DNA of 64,000 nucleotides from Patescibacteria group bacterium (lineage in GTDB: Bacteria > Patescibacteriota > Patescibacteriia > UBA1558 > GWA2-36-10). Location: NCBI GenBank assembly GCA_018819405.1, contig JAHJQF010000001.1, positions 907,377-971,376 of the forward strand, given 5' to 3'. Positions 29,846 through 40,146 of the stretch are shown here, one piece after another. Under the pieces are notes generated by a model that did no database searches, was not told the DNA's origin, and saw only the letters and a list, made by a program, of their open reading frames with translations. The translations under genes and the position numbers were made by a program. Within the stretch, counting starts at the first letter, position 1. The number at the start of each line of letters is the position of its first letter.

Positions 29846-30353
29846 TATTTTTTTCATCTTTAGAGACACCCTCATCTTTTGGCTTTTCAACTTTTGAACT
29901 TTTTAACTTTCCAACTATTATGGCTTTACCGCCGGCTGACTCAATCTTTTCTTTGGCACTTTGAGAAAAAGCATTAGCTTCTACTGTCAAATTTTTGGTG
30001 AGTTTACCAGAAGATAATATTTTAATACCTTTGTCAATATTTTCTACAATTCCGGCTTTTAATATTGCCCTATCGTTGACAGTCTGACCATTTTTGAAAG
30101 CCTTCTCCAAATCACCAATATTTACTGTAGCCATTGATTTGTAGATTGACTTAAATCCACGTACTTTTGGAATACGAAGCAAATAGCTCTTGATACTTCT
30201 ACCAGCTATACCTGCCCTTCCGCCTGAACGCGCCTTTTGGCCTTTCAAACCTTTTCCTGAATAAGTTCCTAAACCAGAAGAATTACCGCGTCCCAGTCTT
30301 CTCTTGGGCTTACGATTGGCTTTTGGTTTTTCTAAATTATGCAGACTCAACAT
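29841..30353 (-). CDS. rplO: 50S ribosomal protein L15 (C-terminally extended)
   Basis: KRRLGRGNSSGLGTYSGKGLKGQKARSG. Confidence 0.85.
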   Translation of the reverse strand: MLSLHNLEKPKANRKPKRRLGRGNSSGLGTYSGKGLKGQKARSGGRAGIAGRSIKSYLLRIPKVRGFKSIYKSMATVNIGDLEKAFKNGQTVNDRAILKAGIVENIDKGIKILSSGKLTKNLTVEANAFSQSAKEKIESAGGKAIIVGKLKSSKVEKPKDEGVSKDEKNK

Positions 30354-30355
30354 AG

Positions 30356-31075
30356 TTATTTATTGATTTTATCTTTTTTAACTGGCTTATGATTATCAGT
30401 TTTTCTTACTTCATTTTTATTATCAATTACCTTGACTGACCTCTTCCTAGAAGCATCAACAGCTTTTGGTACAAATGATTGCAGTGCCTCGATAGTAGCT
30501 TTAGCATTGTTTATTTTGTTGTTGGTGCCCAAAATTTTGGCAACTACATCTTTGATACCAGCCAACTCCAAAACAATACGAACAACACCACCAGCTTTGA
30601 TACCACTACCAGCTTTAGCTGGTCTAATCATTATATTGGCCGAATTTTGTCTGATATTTACCTGATGAGGAATAGTGCCTTCTATAATAGGTACTTCAAA
30701 CATATTTTTTCTGGCTTTGGAGACAGCTTTGGAAATTGCCTGAGATACATCCACTCCCTTGGCAATACCAACGCCTACTTTACCTTTTTTATCACCAATA
30801 ATCATAGTGGCCCTAAACTTCATACGTTTGCCACCAGCCATTACACGAGTAACACGAGCCAAGTCAACTATCTTCTGTTCAAAATCATCAGCCGGCTTGT
30901 CTGACCTCTTTCTGGTCTTTGGGCCACGTTTATTACCGAAGTTTCGTTTACCACGATTAGCCCCTCTTTTATCTGAACCAACAAAATTTTGACCTCTAGA
31001 TTCAGGCTGACTCTTTTTTTCTATTGTTTGATTACCCTCGACTTTACTCGGGGTCTTTGATTTATCATCTACCAT
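30356..31075 (-). CDS. rpsE: 30S ribosomal protein S5 with about 70-aa N-terminal extension. No L30 gene between S5 and L15
   Basis: S5 core LARVTRVMAGGKRMKF...GTIPHQV. Confidence 0.85.
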   Translation of the reverse strand: MVDDKSKTPSKVEGNQTIEKKSQPESRGQNFVGSDKRGANRGKRNFGNKRGPKTRKRSDKPADDFEQKIVDLARVTRVMAGGKRMKFRATMIIGDKKGKVGVGIAKGVDVSQAISKAVSKARKNMFEVPIIEGTIPHQVNIRQNSANIMIRPAKAGSGIKAGGVVRIVLELAGIKDVVAKILGTNNKINNAKATIEALQSFVPKAVDASRKRSVKVIDNKNEVRKTDNHKPVKKDKINK

Positions 31076-31078
31076 ATT

Positions 31079-31435
31079 TTAAAATTTTACACCTGATTTT
31101 CTGATGCCTTCAGCTAGAGCCTTGACTCTACCATGATATTTATAAGCACCTTTATCAAAAACTATTTTATCAATTTTTTTGTCCATCAATTTTTTGCCAA
31201 TAGCTTCACCTACCAAAGCAGCTTTTTCAGTCTTATTACCCTTGGCCTTGATTTCTTTATCACTGATAGCCGTCAAAGTCTTGCCAGCTATATCATCAAT
31301 AGCTTGAGCACTAATGTGCATCAAACTTCTAAAAACTGACAATCGTGGTTTTTCTGGAGTACCTGTCATTTTGACACGAGTACGACGCTGTCTTCTGATA
31401 AATTTATCTTTTTTTAATTTGGCTTTATCTTTCAT
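31079..31435 (-). CDS. rplR: 50S ribosomal protein L18
   Basis: Order and sequence. Confidence 0.85.
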   Translation of the reverse strand: MKDKAKLKKDKFIRRQRRTRVKMTGTPEKPRLSVFRSLMHISAQAIDDIAGKTLTAISDKEIKAKGNKTEKAALVGEAIGKKLMDKKIDKIVFDKGAYKYHGRVKALAEGIRKSGVKF

Positions 31436-31547
31436 CCCGTTAGAAATTACTTTTGTAAAATATCTAATTGTTCTTTATATATTATCTAAATATACTTTTC
31501 CTAATTTATTACTCCCGTTGTCTATCATCTAATTTCTATAGGGAATA

Positions 31548-32102
31548 TTATGATTTGACAACCTTACCAGCTTTTCTTCTGATTTGCTCGTCAACATACT
31601 TTATACCCTTTCCTTTATAAGGTTCTGGTTTTTTAATTGATCTGATTTCTGCCGCAGTCTGCCCAACTAACTGTTTATCAATTCCAATAATTTTAATCCG
31701 GTTTTTCTCTACTTCGGCACTAATCCTTTCTGGCAACGGATAATTTACCGGGTGAGAAAAGCCTACATTTAAAACAAGATTTTTACCCTGCAAAGCCACC
31801 TTGAAACCAACTCCATTTATTTCCAGTTCTTTAGAAAAACCTTCAGTAACTCCTAATACTGCATTTTGTACCAAAGTACGACTCAGGCCCCAAAGAGCTT
31901 TTTCTTGTCCGGAATCAGGATTGTTTACAGAAAAAATTATCTGGTCATTTTCTGATTTGACTGAAACGCCTTTTGGCAAATCAACACTCAAGTTGCCCTT
32001 TGGGCCCTTGATTGCTACTTGGGCATTACCCAAATCATTGGTGCTAACCTTTACTTCTACACCTTTGGTTATTTCAATTGGTTTTTTTCCTACTCTTGAC
32101 AT
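31548..32102 (-). CDS. rplF: 50S ribosomal protein L6
   Basis: Sequence and position. Confidence 0.9.
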   Translation of the reverse strand: MSRVGKKPIEITKGVEVKVSTNDLGNAQVAIKGPKGNLSVDLPKGVSVKSENDQIIFSVNNPDSGQEKALWGLSRTLVQNAVLGVTEGFSKELEINGVGFKVALQGKNLVLNVGFSHPVNYPLPERISAEVEKNRIKIIGIDKQLVGQTAAEIRSIKKPEPYKGKGIKYVDEQIRRKAGKVVKS

Positions 32103-32107
32103 AAAAT

Positions 32108-32186
32108 TTAGTTTAAAGTTTAAAGTTTAAAGTTTCAAGTTCATATTATACAAATCTTTGAACTTTTAACTTAGAACTTTTTACTA
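32108..32186. repeat. AAAGTTT-repeat element between S8 and L6. On the mRNA strand it contains an extended -10 TGTATAAT
   Basis: agtttaaagtttaaagtttaaagtttcaagttcatattatacaaatctttgaacttttaac. Confidence 0.6.
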
Positions 32187-32573
32187 CCATATTTCACACA
32201 TTAATTCTCCACCAATATTTTGGCGTCTAGCTTCTTTGTTGGTCATAATACCTTTGGAAGTTGATAGTATAGCGATACCATAACCGTTTAATACATGTGG
32301 CAATTCTTTACCAGAAGCATAAATACGTTGTCCCGGCTTAGAAATCTTTTTGATGTGACGAATAGTCGGGCCATGATTGGTATATTTTAATTCAATATTT
32401 AACTCATCAAATTTGCCGTTTTTTACTTTGGATACTTTGCCAATATAATTTTCTGATTCTAAAATTTTGGCAACATTAAATTTCAAATTTGAGTAAGGCA
32501 AAACCACCTCTGGCTTTTTGACTGCCACGGCATTCCTGATTCTTGTTAGCATGTCTGCAATAGGATCTGTCAT
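32184..32573 (-). CDS. rpsH: 30S ribosomal protein S8
   Basis: Sequence and position. Confidence 0.9.
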   Translation of the reverse strand: MTDPIADMLTRIRNAVAVKKPEVVLPYSNLKFNVAKILESENYIGKVSKVKNGKFDELNIELKYTNHGPTIRHIKKISKPGQRIYASGKELPHVLNGYGIAILSTSKGIMTNKEARRQNIGGELMCEIW

Positions 32574-32592
32574 GTTATTTTATTTAAATTAA

Positions 32593-32778
32593 TTACCAAC
32601 TTGATTTTTTAATACCTGGGATTTCTCCCTTGTCAGCCAACTCTCTAAAACAAATACGGCATAAATCAAATTTTCTCATATAAGAACGTTGTTTACCACA
32701 TCGCCAACAGCGTCTGACGACACGTGTAGAATATTTTGGCTTTTTTTTGGATTTTACAATTTGTGCTTCTGTTGCCAT
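32593..32778 (-). CDS. rpsZ: 30S ribosomal protein S14 type Z (zinc-binding)
   Basis: CWRCGKQRSYMRKFDLCRICFRE. Confidence 0.85.
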   Translation of the reverse strand: MATEAQIVKSKKKPKYSTRVVRRCWRCGKQRSYMRKFDLCRICFRELADKGEIPGIKKSSW

Positions 32779-32783
32779 AGTGA

Positions 32784-33338
32784 TTATTTTTTCTTATCTT
32801 TTTTAAAAGGAAATCCCAAGGCTCTCAATAGCGCTAGATTATCCTGATTATTTTTAGCGTTACTGACTACTGTCAGTTCCATACCATGAGTTCTATCTAC
32901 ATCATCCATACTAATTTCCGGAAAAACAATGTGTTCTTTAAAACCAATGGTATAGTTACCGTGATTATCAAAACCTTTTTTCAAATCCAAACCATAGAAA
33001 TCTCTAATTCTAGGCAAGGTAATGTTGACCAGTCTTTCTAAAAAATCATACATTCTGTCTCCACGTAAAGTTACTTTAGTGCCAACTACCATTCCTTCAC
33101 GAACTTTAAAGTTGGAGATAGCCTTGCGAGCCTTATTTTTAATTGGTTTTTGTCCAGAGATTCTTTCCAAAATAGAAGTGGCAATATCAATCCATTGCTT
33201 ATCTTGAGTAGCACGTCCAATACCAATATTGAGAACTACCTTTTCTACCTTAGGCACAGCCATAATATTTTTTAGGCCTAGAGTATTTTTGAGTTCACTT
33301 CTGATCTCTTTGTTATATTTTTCTTTTAAATAAGCCAT
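32784..33338 (-). CDS. rplE: 50S ribosomal protein L5
   Basis: Sequence and position. Confidence 0.9.
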   Translation of the reverse strand: MAYLKEKYNKEIRSELKNTLGLKNIMAVPKVEKVVLNIGIGRATQDKQWIDIATSILERISGQKPIKNKARKAISNFKVREGMVVGTKVTLRGDRMYDFLERLVNITLPRIRDFYGLDLKKGFDNHGNYTIGFKEHIVFPEISMDDVDRTHGMELTVVSNAKNNQDNLALLRALGFPFKKDKKK

Positions 33339-33346
33339 ATATCAAA

Positions 33347-33667
33347 TTAATCAATTACTTCTTTACATTTTTTACAAAATCTAGCCTTGGCTTTTCTGTT
33401 TTCACCAAGTTTTACGCCTACTTTGGAGGCTTTGTTGCACTTTGGACAAATCAACATTATATTGCTCAAATCAAGAGGGCCATTAAACTGAATACGTTGA
33501 CCTTTTTCTCCTTTTTTTTGAGAACGAATATGTTTGTACATTACATTTATACCTTCAACGACAATCTTTTTCATTTCTGGCAAAATTTGAATAACCTTGC
33601 CGGTTTTACCTTTGTCTTTGCCGGTAGTTACTTGTACTTTATCATTTACTTTTATCTTGATATCCAT
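33347..33667 (-). CDS. rplX: 50S ribosomal protein L24 (KOW) with C-terminal Cys4 zinc-ribbon tail
   Basis: KOW N-terminus. CPKC...CKKC tail. Confidence 0.8.
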   Translation of the reverse strand: MDIKIKVNDKVQVTTGKDKGKTGKVIQILPEMKKIVVEGINVMYKHIRSQKKGEKGQRIQFNGPLDLSNIMLICPKCNKASKVGVKLGENRKAKARFCKKCKEVID

Positions 33668-33671
33668 ATTT

Positions 33672-34043
33672 TTATAATACCTCCGGTGCCAAGGAAATAA
33701 GTTTGGTATATCCTTTGGCTCTTAATTCACGAGCAACTGGTCCAAAAATACGAGTTCCTTTTAGCTCTTTATTTTTTTTATCTACAATAACTACAGCGTT
33801 ATCATCAAAACGGATATAAATACCGCTAGGACGACGTATTTCTTTTCTCTGTCTGACAATCACTGCGTGTAAAACCTGACCTTTTTTGACGGCGCTATGT
33901 GGCTGAGCGGATTTCACAGTAATAGTAATTAGATCACCAATACGGGCATATCTTTTTTTATAACCACCTAAAACCCTGATGCACTGTACCAATTTTGCAC
34001 CAGAATTATCAGCAACCTTTAACATGGATCTCTCTTGAATCAT
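33672..34043 (-). CDS. rplN: 50S ribosomal protein L14
   Basis: [17 protein letters not shown]. Confidence 0.9.
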   Translation of the reverse strand: MIQERSMLKVADNSGAKLVQCIRVLGGYKKRYARIGDLITITVKSAQPHSAVKKGQVLHAVIVRQRKEIRRPSGIYIRFDDNAVVIVDKKNKELKGTRIFGPVARELRAKGYTKLISLAPEVL

Positions 34044-34053
34044 ATCAGTATTG

Positions 34054-34302
34054 TTATTTTACTTTTTTAATAACACGCCATCTTTTGTCTTTGGAAAGTG
34101 GACGACATTCTTCTATCACAACTTTATCACCTGTTTTGTACTCATTTTTTTCATCATGAGCCTTGTATTTCTTGGATGACTTATATTGTTTTTTATACTT
34201 ACTGTGAGTTTTGATACTGGTGACAAGCACTACGACAGTTTTGTCCATCTTGTCACTCATTATCTCTCCTTCCAGCTTTCTTTTAGTTATTTTTTTATCC
34301 AT
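34054..34302 (-). CDS. rpsQ: 30S ribosomal protein S17
   Basis: [18 protein letters not shown]...[13 protein letters not shown]. Confidence 0.85.
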   Translation of the reverse strand: MDKKITKRKLEGEIMSDKMDKTVVVLVTSIKTHSKYKKQYKSSKKYKAHDEKNEYKTGDKVVIEECRPLSKDKRWRVIKKVK

Positions 34303-34313
34303 ATCTTAAAATA

Positions 34314-34550
34314 TTATTTCTTTTCCTCTGACACTTCTTCTTTGGCTGGAGCAACATTTTTACCCAACCTTTTTTCATTTAAAACAGTCAAAATCTTGGC
34401 AATATCTTGTTTGGCAACCCTCAAATCTCTGACTTTTTTCAATTGATTGTTGGCAATAGAAAATCTAAACTCACGGGTTTTGTTGCGCAGCTCTGCTAAT
34501 TTTTCATTTAGCTTAGCATTATCCAATTTTCTTAATTCTTTGATTTTCAT
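34314..34550 (-). CDS. rpmC: 50S ribosomal protein L29 (true start at the internal Met MKIKELRKL)
   Basis: L29 N-terminus. The ORF track start lies 21 codons upstream in non-homologous sequence. Confidence 0.8.
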   Translation of the reverse strand: MKIKELRKLDNAKLNEKLAELRNKTREFRFSIANNQLKKVRDLRVAKQDIAKILTVLNEKRLGKNVAPAKEEVSEEKK

Positions 34551-34627
34551 CCTGTTAGAAATTATAGTGAAATTAACTCTTTGTCCTTTATTTTTAGCCC
34601 CGCCAGTAAACATAAATTTCTAACGGG
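34551..34627. repeat. inverted pair of the CCCGTTAGAAAT-family motif (CCTGTTAGAAATT ... AAATTTCTAACGGG) filling the L16-L29 intergenic gap
   Basis: Direct read. Confidence 0.7.
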
Positions 34628-34637
34628 ATTCATGATT

Positions 34638-35054
34638 TTATATTAATTCTTTGCTTACAAATTTAGTCTTGACCGACAATTTATAACCAGCCAATTGCAT
34701 TGCTCTACGAGCAGTGGCCTCATCAACACCTTTCATCTCAAACATAACAGTACCTGGTTTGACTACAGCAATATAATGGTCAACTGCGCCTTTACCTTTA
34801 CCCATTGGCATTTCATTACCTTTGGCCGTAATAGGCTTGTCTGGAAAAATGCGAATATATATTTCTCCACCACGTTGGATATGACCTACCATGGCACGAC
34901 GGGCAGATTCAATTTGACGGGCTGTAACCCAACCAGTAGTCAAGCTCTTTAATCCGTATTCGCCAAAAGAAACCTTGGTCATTCGCGTTGCTTTGCCCTT
35001 GACCTTGTCTCCTCTTTGCCATTTTCTGTGTTTTACTTTCTTTGGTGCTAACAT
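34638..35054 (-). CDS. rplP: 50S ribosomal protein L16
   Basis: Sequence. Confidence 0.9.
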   Translation of the reverse strand: MLAPKKVKHRKWQRGDKVKGKATRMTKVSFGEYGLKSLTTGWVTARQIESARRAMVGHIQRGGEIYIRIFPDKPITAKGNEMPMGKGKGAVDHYIAVVKPGTVMFEMKGVDEATARRAMQLAGYKLSVKTKFVSKELI

Positions 35055-35078
35055 AATTATACTAAAATTACTCTAAAA

Positions 35079-35834
35079 TTATTTCTTTTCTTTGCTTTTC
35101 CTTACGCCAGGCTTTTCCATAGATTGAACTTCAAATTTTGCCCCAAAAAGCTTGGCGCTCTTGGTAGGCACTTTGACCTTAGAGTCTGTCTTTGCTTTTT
35201 TGTCAAAGTATTCCCCTTTATAAATCCATACTTTAATACCAATTGCTCCATACATAGTCCTGGCTACACCACGACTATAATCAATGTTTGATCTCAAAGT
35301 CTGAAGAGGAATTTTTCCATCTACCAATTTTTCTCTTCTGGCAATATCAACACCATTCAACCTTCCGGCTACCATGATTTTTACTCCTTTAGCTCCGGCT
35401 TTCATGACTTTGTCAATATTTTGCTTCATTACTCTACGGAATGGTATACGTTTTTCAATATCATTTCTGATAGAATCTACCACTACGTTGGCTGATAGAT
35501 TTGGTACAGAAACTTCAGTAATGTTGATATTTAATTTAATATTCTTGTCCAAAAATTTGTCTCTGATCTTTTTCTTCAAATCTTCAATACCACTACCGCC
35601 ACGTCCGATTATTAACCCTGGCTTGGCAGCTGAGACATTGATAGTGAGTTCTCCACGGTTTCTTTCTATATCAATACGGTCAATAGAGGCATCTCTCAAA
35701 GTAACCTTCAAAAACTTTCTGATAGTAATATCCTCTTCCAAAAATTTGGCAAAATCACGACCAGCATACCAGCGAGATCTCCATTTCTCACTCATGCCCA
35801 GACGAAATACTGTTGGATTTATTTTTTTTCCCAT
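35079..35834 (-). CDS. rpsC: 30S ribosomal protein S3
   Basis: KH domain, sequence. Confidence 0.9.
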   Translation of the reverse strand: MGKKINPTVFRLGMSEKWRSRWYAGRDFAKFLEEDITIRKFLKVTLRDASIDRIDIERNRGELTINVSAAKPGLIIGRGGSGIEDLKKKIRDKFLDKNIKLNINITEVSVPNLSANVVVDSIRNDIEKRIPFRRVMKQNIDKVMKAGAKGVKIMVAGRLNGVDIARREKLVDGKIPLQTLRSNIDYSRGVARTMYGAIGIKVWIYKGEYFDKKAKTDSKVKVPTKSAKLFGAKFEVQSMEKPGVRKSKEKK

Positions 35835-35838
35835 ACTA

Positions 35839-36363
35839 TTAACCTTTTTTTACTTTACTATTATCTTTGGCCTTACCCATTTTGGTTTCTTTGAATGATT
35901 TCTTTTCTTCTTTTGGCTTGGCGCTCTTTTTATTATCAACTTTAGTTGTTGGTTTCTTATCAGTTTTTGTCAGATCAACAGTCTCAACTTCTTCTTTCTT
36001 TTTGTCTTTTAGAGTTGCTTTGACACCTTCTTTGGTGACAAGCATAATCTCTACATGAGAAGAATGTTTTTTATATGGATGAGCGCGTCCAAAAGCCGCT
36101 GGCTTCCAACGTTTCAAATCAACACCTTGATTTACAATGATGCTTTTGATACGTAAATCTTCTTCCTTTACATCGTATCTATCAATAGCGTTGGCTACTG
36201 CTGATTTTAGAAGCTTACTGATTATAGGAGCTGATCTTTTAAATGTAACCGGTAATTTCTCAAAAGCTTCAGTGACAGTTAAGCCACGTACAAGATCAGC
36301 CACCAAACGCATTTTCTTTGGTGAAATCCTGACATGTTTCAATTTTGCTTTTACTTCAACCAT
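35839..36363 (-). CDS. rplV: 50S ribosomal protein L22 with K-rich C-terminal extension
   Basis: Sequence. Confidence 0.85.
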   Translation of the reverse strand: MVEVKAKLKHVRISPKKMRLVADLVRGLTVTEAFEKLPVTFKRSAPIISKLLKSAVANAIDRYDVKEEDLRIKSIIVNQGVDLKRWKPAAFGRAHPYKKHSSHVEIMLVTKEGVKATLKDKKKEEVETVDLTKTDKKPTTKVDNKKSAKPKEEKKSFKETKMGKAKDNSKVKKG

Positions 36364-36392
36364 ATTTGTATATTGTCTTTTTTAAAATTATT

Positions 36393-36677
36393 TTATTTGG
36401 CCTTGGACTGTGTCTTTGCCATTTTACCACCATGAGAAATAAATTTTCTGGTTGGAGAAAATTCTCCCAAATGATGACCGACCATATTTTCTATTACATA
36501 AACATTTATATGATCCTTGCCATTATGGACTGCGAAAGTAAAACCTACCATCTCAGGAGTAATAACTGAAGACCTTGACCAAGTTTTAATTGGTTTAGTG
36601 CTTTCTGGTTTTTTGCCCTCTAATTTTTTGAGCAATTTGGGATCAGTAAATGGTCCTTTTTTTAAACTTCTTGACAT
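36393..36677 (-). CDS. rpsS: 30S ribosomal protein S19
   Basis: Sequence. Confidence 0.9.
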   Translation of the reverse strand: MSRSLKKGPFTDPKLLKKLEGKKPESTKPIKTWSRSSVITPEMVGFTFAVHNGKDHINVYVIENMVGHHLGEFSPTRKFISHGGKMAKTQSKAK

Positions 36678-36684
36678 AACTTAT

Positions 36685-37539
36685 TTAATTTACTTTTCTA
36701 CGAGTCTTTGATGGACGACGTTTTACAATTAAATGATCGGAAAGCCTATTTTTCTTTCTTGTCTTGACACCATAGGCTGGTTTACCTTTGTAGGTTTTAG
36801 GATGTTTCATACCAATTGGGTTACTTCCTTCACCACCACCATGAGGGTGATCTACCGGATTCATAACCTTACCACGAACAGTTGGTTTGATACCCATATG
36901 ACGTTTACGTCCAGCTTTACCTACTCTTACATTTCTGGCTTCTGGATTACTCGGCACACCAATAGTGGCCATACAGTCTGCCGATACAAATCTGACCTCA
37001 CCACTTGGCATTTTGAGTTGTGCTTTGCCTTCAAAAATAGCCATCAGCACCAATCCATTACCAGCGCTTCTAGCCAACTGACCGCCTTTGGCTGGTGACA
37101 TTTCTACATTATAGACAGTCGTACCAGTTGGTATATTTTTCAAATTTAATCTATTACCTATTTTGATACTAATTTTCTTTTGTGAAGAGATTACTTTATC
37201 GCCGACTTTCAAACCATCGGGGGCTAAAATATATCTTCTTTCGCCATCTGGATAAAGCACCAAGGCAATATTAGCATTTCTGTTTGGGTCATACTCCAAA
37301 TGTTCTACTTTGGCTGGCATATCAAATTTTTCTCTCTTGAAATCAACCAATCTAATCATCCTTTTGGCTCCGCCGCCTTTGTGCCTAACTGAAATTTTGC
37401 CCTGGTTGTTACGTCCAGAATATTTTTTTCTTTTGGTAACCAAATATCTCTCAGGACGTTTCTTGGATAATTCCTTATTGATTACTACGCTAGTCCTACG
37501 ACGAGCTGGAGTGGTTGGTTTGTAAACTTTAATTGGCAT
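36685..37539 (-). CDS. rplB: 50S ribosomal protein L2
   Basis: Sequence. Confidence 0.9.
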   Translation of the reverse strand: MPIKVYKPTTPARRRTSVVINKELSKKRPERYLVTKRKKYSGRNNQGKISVRHKGGGAKRMIRLVDFKREKFDMPAKVEHLEYDPNRNANIALVLYPDGERRYILAPDGLKVGDKVISSQKKISIKIGNRLNLKNIPTGTTVYNVEMSPAKGGQLARSAGNGLVLMAIFEGKAQLKMPSGEVRFVSADCMATIGVPSNPEARNVRVGKAGRKRHMGIKPTVRGKVMNPVDHPHGGGEGSNPIGMKHPKTYKGKPAYGVKTRKKNRLSDHLIVKRRPSKTRRKVN

Positions 37540-37550
37540 GATTAGATATA

Positions 37551-37997
37551 TTAAATTCCTTCATAAAGCTTGATACTGTCACCTTTTTTCAAAGTAACAA
37601 TAGCTTTTTTTGTGTCACTTTTGCGACCAAATTTTCGACCAAAGCGGACACTCTTACCTTTTTGATTAACAATATTTACGCTTACCGGAATTACTCCATA
37701 AGCTTCTTCAATTGCTTTTTTTATTTGTACTTTGTTGGAAAATCCGGCTACTTCAAAAGTATATTTGTTTAAAGATGCACCAATAGTAGCTTTTTCAGAA
37801 ATAACGGGTTTAATAAGTACACGATAGGCAGCCTTGGCAACTTTATTGTCAACAGCCCTAGCTACTTTACCAATATCTTTTTTGACATTGTCACTTTTTT
37901 TGACAACCGTCTTTTTTTCTGGTTTTTTATCAGCCTCTTTTTTGGCTTCGGTATTTTTTTTATTAAATAATCCCATATTATTTCTTGTAATGCTCAA
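37551..37997 (-). CDS. rplW: 50S ribosomal protein L23 (K-rich N-terminal extension. True start may be the Met at 37976)
   Basis: Core [14 protein letters not shown]. Confidence 0.8.
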   Translation of the reverse strand: MSITRNNMGLFNKKNTEAKKEADKKPEKKTVVKKSDNVKKDIGKVARAVDNKVAKAAYRVLIKPVISEKATIGASLNKYTFEVAGFSNKVQIKKAIEEAYGVIPVSVNIVNQKGKSVRFGRKFGRKSDTKKAIVTLKKGDSIKLYEGI

Positions 37998-38616
37998 CCA
38001 CTTTTTTTAGTAGCTCCTTATTAACAATCAAATATTCTCTTTTTAACAAATCAACAACATTTAAACTGCCAAAATTGATAGTGTCTACTTTAGTCAAATT
38101 CTTAGCAGCCTTAACTAAATTTTCCTGAGCGTTTTTGGTAATTACTAATACTGATTTTCCTTTGATAGGCAGTGCATCCAAGGAAGATTTCAGACTCTTG
38201 GTCTTGGCTTCTGGTAAATTATATGAATCTACCAAAACTAATTTTTCATTTTTTACCTTATCAGATAAAACCATTGCCAAAGCTTTGCTTTTTACTTTCT
38301 TATTCACTTTGACGGAAAAATTACGTTCTTTAGTAGGACCAAAAGTGATACCACCACCTACCCACAACGGGGAACGGATAGAACCGTGACGAGCACGACC
38401 AGTGCCTTTTTGACGCCATGGTTTTTTACCACCACCTCTGACTTCAGCTCTACCTTTGGTATGAGCCAAAACCTGACGAGCGTTTTTCTCTTGGGCAATT
38501 ACCACTTCCTGAACCAAAACCGGATCCAATTCTAATCCAAACAATGCTGGATCAAGTGACTCGGTACCAACTTCTTTTCCTTTGAAATCGTATAATTTTA
38601 CTTTAATATCTGCCAT
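37978..38616 (-). CDS. rplD: 50S ribosomal protein L4
   Basis: Sequence. Confidence 0.85.
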   Translation of the reverse strand: MADIKVKLYDFKGKEVGTESLDPALFGLELDPVLVQEVVIAQEKNARQVLAHTKGRAEVRGGGKKPWRQKGTGRARHGSIRSPLWVGGGITFGPTKERNFSVKVNKKVKSKALAMVLSDKVKNEKLVLVDSYNLPEAKTKSLKSSLDALPIKGKSVLVITKNAQENLVKAAKNLTKVDTINFGSLNVVDLLKREYLIVNKELLKKVVEHYKK

Positions 38617-38642
38617 ATTATTATCCTGAATTTATTGAAGGA

Positions 38643-39506
38643 TTATTTCTTTTCCCCCTCGACTTCGCTCAGGGTCTTTGATTCTTTATTTTCTGCTATA
38701 TTATCAGCCTGAATTTTAGTTGAAGGTTCTTCTTCGGCCTTTGGTTCTTCCCCTTCGGTCTTGCTCGGGGTTTCTGATTTTACTTCTTTTGGTTTATCCT
38801 CAGCTAGTTTATCTTCTTTGACTTCACTATCCTGTTTAGCCTCAACTGGCTGTTCTTTAACTTCTTCTTTGACAGCCTTTGATTCTGCAAATTTGATATC
38901 ACCATCAGCTAAAATAAATACTAAAGCATTTCTTCCACCTGGAACTGCTCCTTTTATATATAAAAGGTTTTTATCATTATCTACTTCTACCAACTCTAGA
39001 TTAGCTACGGTCACTGTATCACCACCCATACGACCACCCATACGAGTACCTTTAAAAACTCTAGCTGAATCAGTGGCGCCGATAGAACCTGGCATCCTCA
39101 ATTGGTCTTTATGACCATGACTAGCTGGTGAACCGTGAAAACCATGACGCTTAACAACGCCTTGGAAGCCTTTTCCTTTGGATGTAGAAGTAATTTTCAA
39201 TTTATCACCAGCTTCAAAGCTAGTAAGATCTATTACTTTGCCTCTTTCAAAACCTTCTGCATTTTCTAACCTAAATTCTTTCAAGTATCTAAAAGTATTT
39301 AAACCTTTTAGATGACCTGCCATTGGTTTATTTGCTTTTTTCTTGGTGCCAAAGCCTAACTGAACAGCTTGATAGCCGTCCTTTTCACCTTTTACCTGGA
39401 CAACTGTACATGGTCCAGCTTCTACTACAGTGACTGGGACAACACGGCCGTCTTGGCTAAACTTTTGGCTCATATTCAATTTTTTTCCTAAAATAAACTT
39501 GGCCAT
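38643..39506 (-). CDS. rplC: 50S ribosomal protein L3 with about 80-aa acidic/lysine-rich C-terminal extension
   Basis: Sequence. Confidence 0.85.
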   Translation of the reverse strand: MAKFILGKKLNMSQKFSQDGRVVPVTVVEAGPCTVVQVKGEKDGYQAVQLGFGTKKKANKPMAGHLKGLNTFRYLKEFRLENAEGFERGKVIDLTSFEAGDKLKITSTSKGKGFQGVVKRHGFHGSPASHGHKDQLRMPGSIGATDSARVFKGTRMGGRMGGDTVTVANLELVEVDNDKNLLYIKGAVPGGRNALVFILADGDIKFAESKAVKEEVKEQPVEAKQDSEVKEDKLAEDKPKEVKSETPSKTEGEEPKAEEEPSTKIQADNIAENKESKTLSEVEGEKK

Positions 39507-39730
39507 ATAATTTAATCTTTGTTAAATAAAATCGCGACTTTATTCTCAAAAAATTTAAGGACAAAATCGCGACTACTATACAAAATGATAGTAAATTGTC
39601 TGATTTGTTTATTTTGCGATTTTTAATCCTTCTAGAACACTATATCTATCTGTGTACTTCCTTAATAATAGGGTTGCACGGACAAATATAATTTTCTTAA
39701 TTTCGTTACACCCCGAGCGAAGTCGAGGGG

Positions 39731-40069
39731 TTACATTTTTATTTCTAAATCTACACCAGCTGGCAAATTCAAATTTTGCAAAGCATCAATAGTCTGTGAG
39801 GTTGGGTTGATTATATCCAGCAGCCTCTTATGAACCCTCATTTCATATTGGTCACGAGCATCTTTGTGGACAAAAGTTGATCTAAGCACTGTAAACTTTT
39901 TCTTTTCAGTTGGCAGTGGGATAGGACCAATCACTTTTGCACCACTACGATCAACAGTATCAATAATAGTCTTGGTAGACTGATCAATGATTTTGTGGTC
40001 ATAGGCTCTGATTTTGATACGAATCCTAGACTGAATTTCTTCTTTTACTTCTTTATCTTTGGCTGACAT
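39731..40069 (-). CDS. rpsJ: 30S ribosomal protein S10
   Basis: Sequence. Confidence 0.9.
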   Translation of the reverse strand: MSAKDKEVKEEIQSRIRIKIRAYDHKIIDQSTKTIIDTVDRSGAKVIGPIPLPTEKKKFTVLRSTFVHKDARDQYEMRVHKRLLDIINPTSQTIDALQNLNLPAGVDLEIKM

Positions 40070-40113
40070 TTAATTTGTACGAATTAAATTTACTTAAATG
40101 GACAATTTTATAA

Positions 40114-40140
40114 CCCAGCCCCTCGCGAGGGGCTGGGAAA
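40114..40140 (-). terminator. GC palindrome CCCAGCCCCTCGCGAGGGGCTGGG after tuf / in the S10 leader
   Basis: Perfect 10-bp stem. Weak U-run on the minus strand. Confidence 0.6.
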
Positions 40141-40146
40141 ATAAAT

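Noticed and set aside
30432-39114. Numerous 60-176-aa plus-strand ORFs inside the ribosomal protein operons (such as 35374..35898 and 40433..40963)
   Set aside because: All are antisense shadows of highly conserved r-protein, EF-Tu or EF-G genes. They are low-complexity translations with no RBS.
38655-39730. Shared string CCCCGAG(C/T)(G/A)AAGTCGAGGG near the S10 stop, at the L3 C-terminus and at the S5 N-terminus
   Set aside because: Two of the three copies are coding and the intergenic copy does not form a proper hairpin (the stem would need CTC, not GAG). It is probably a coincidence of GAA-GTC-GAG codons. It is recorded here only because it recurs.
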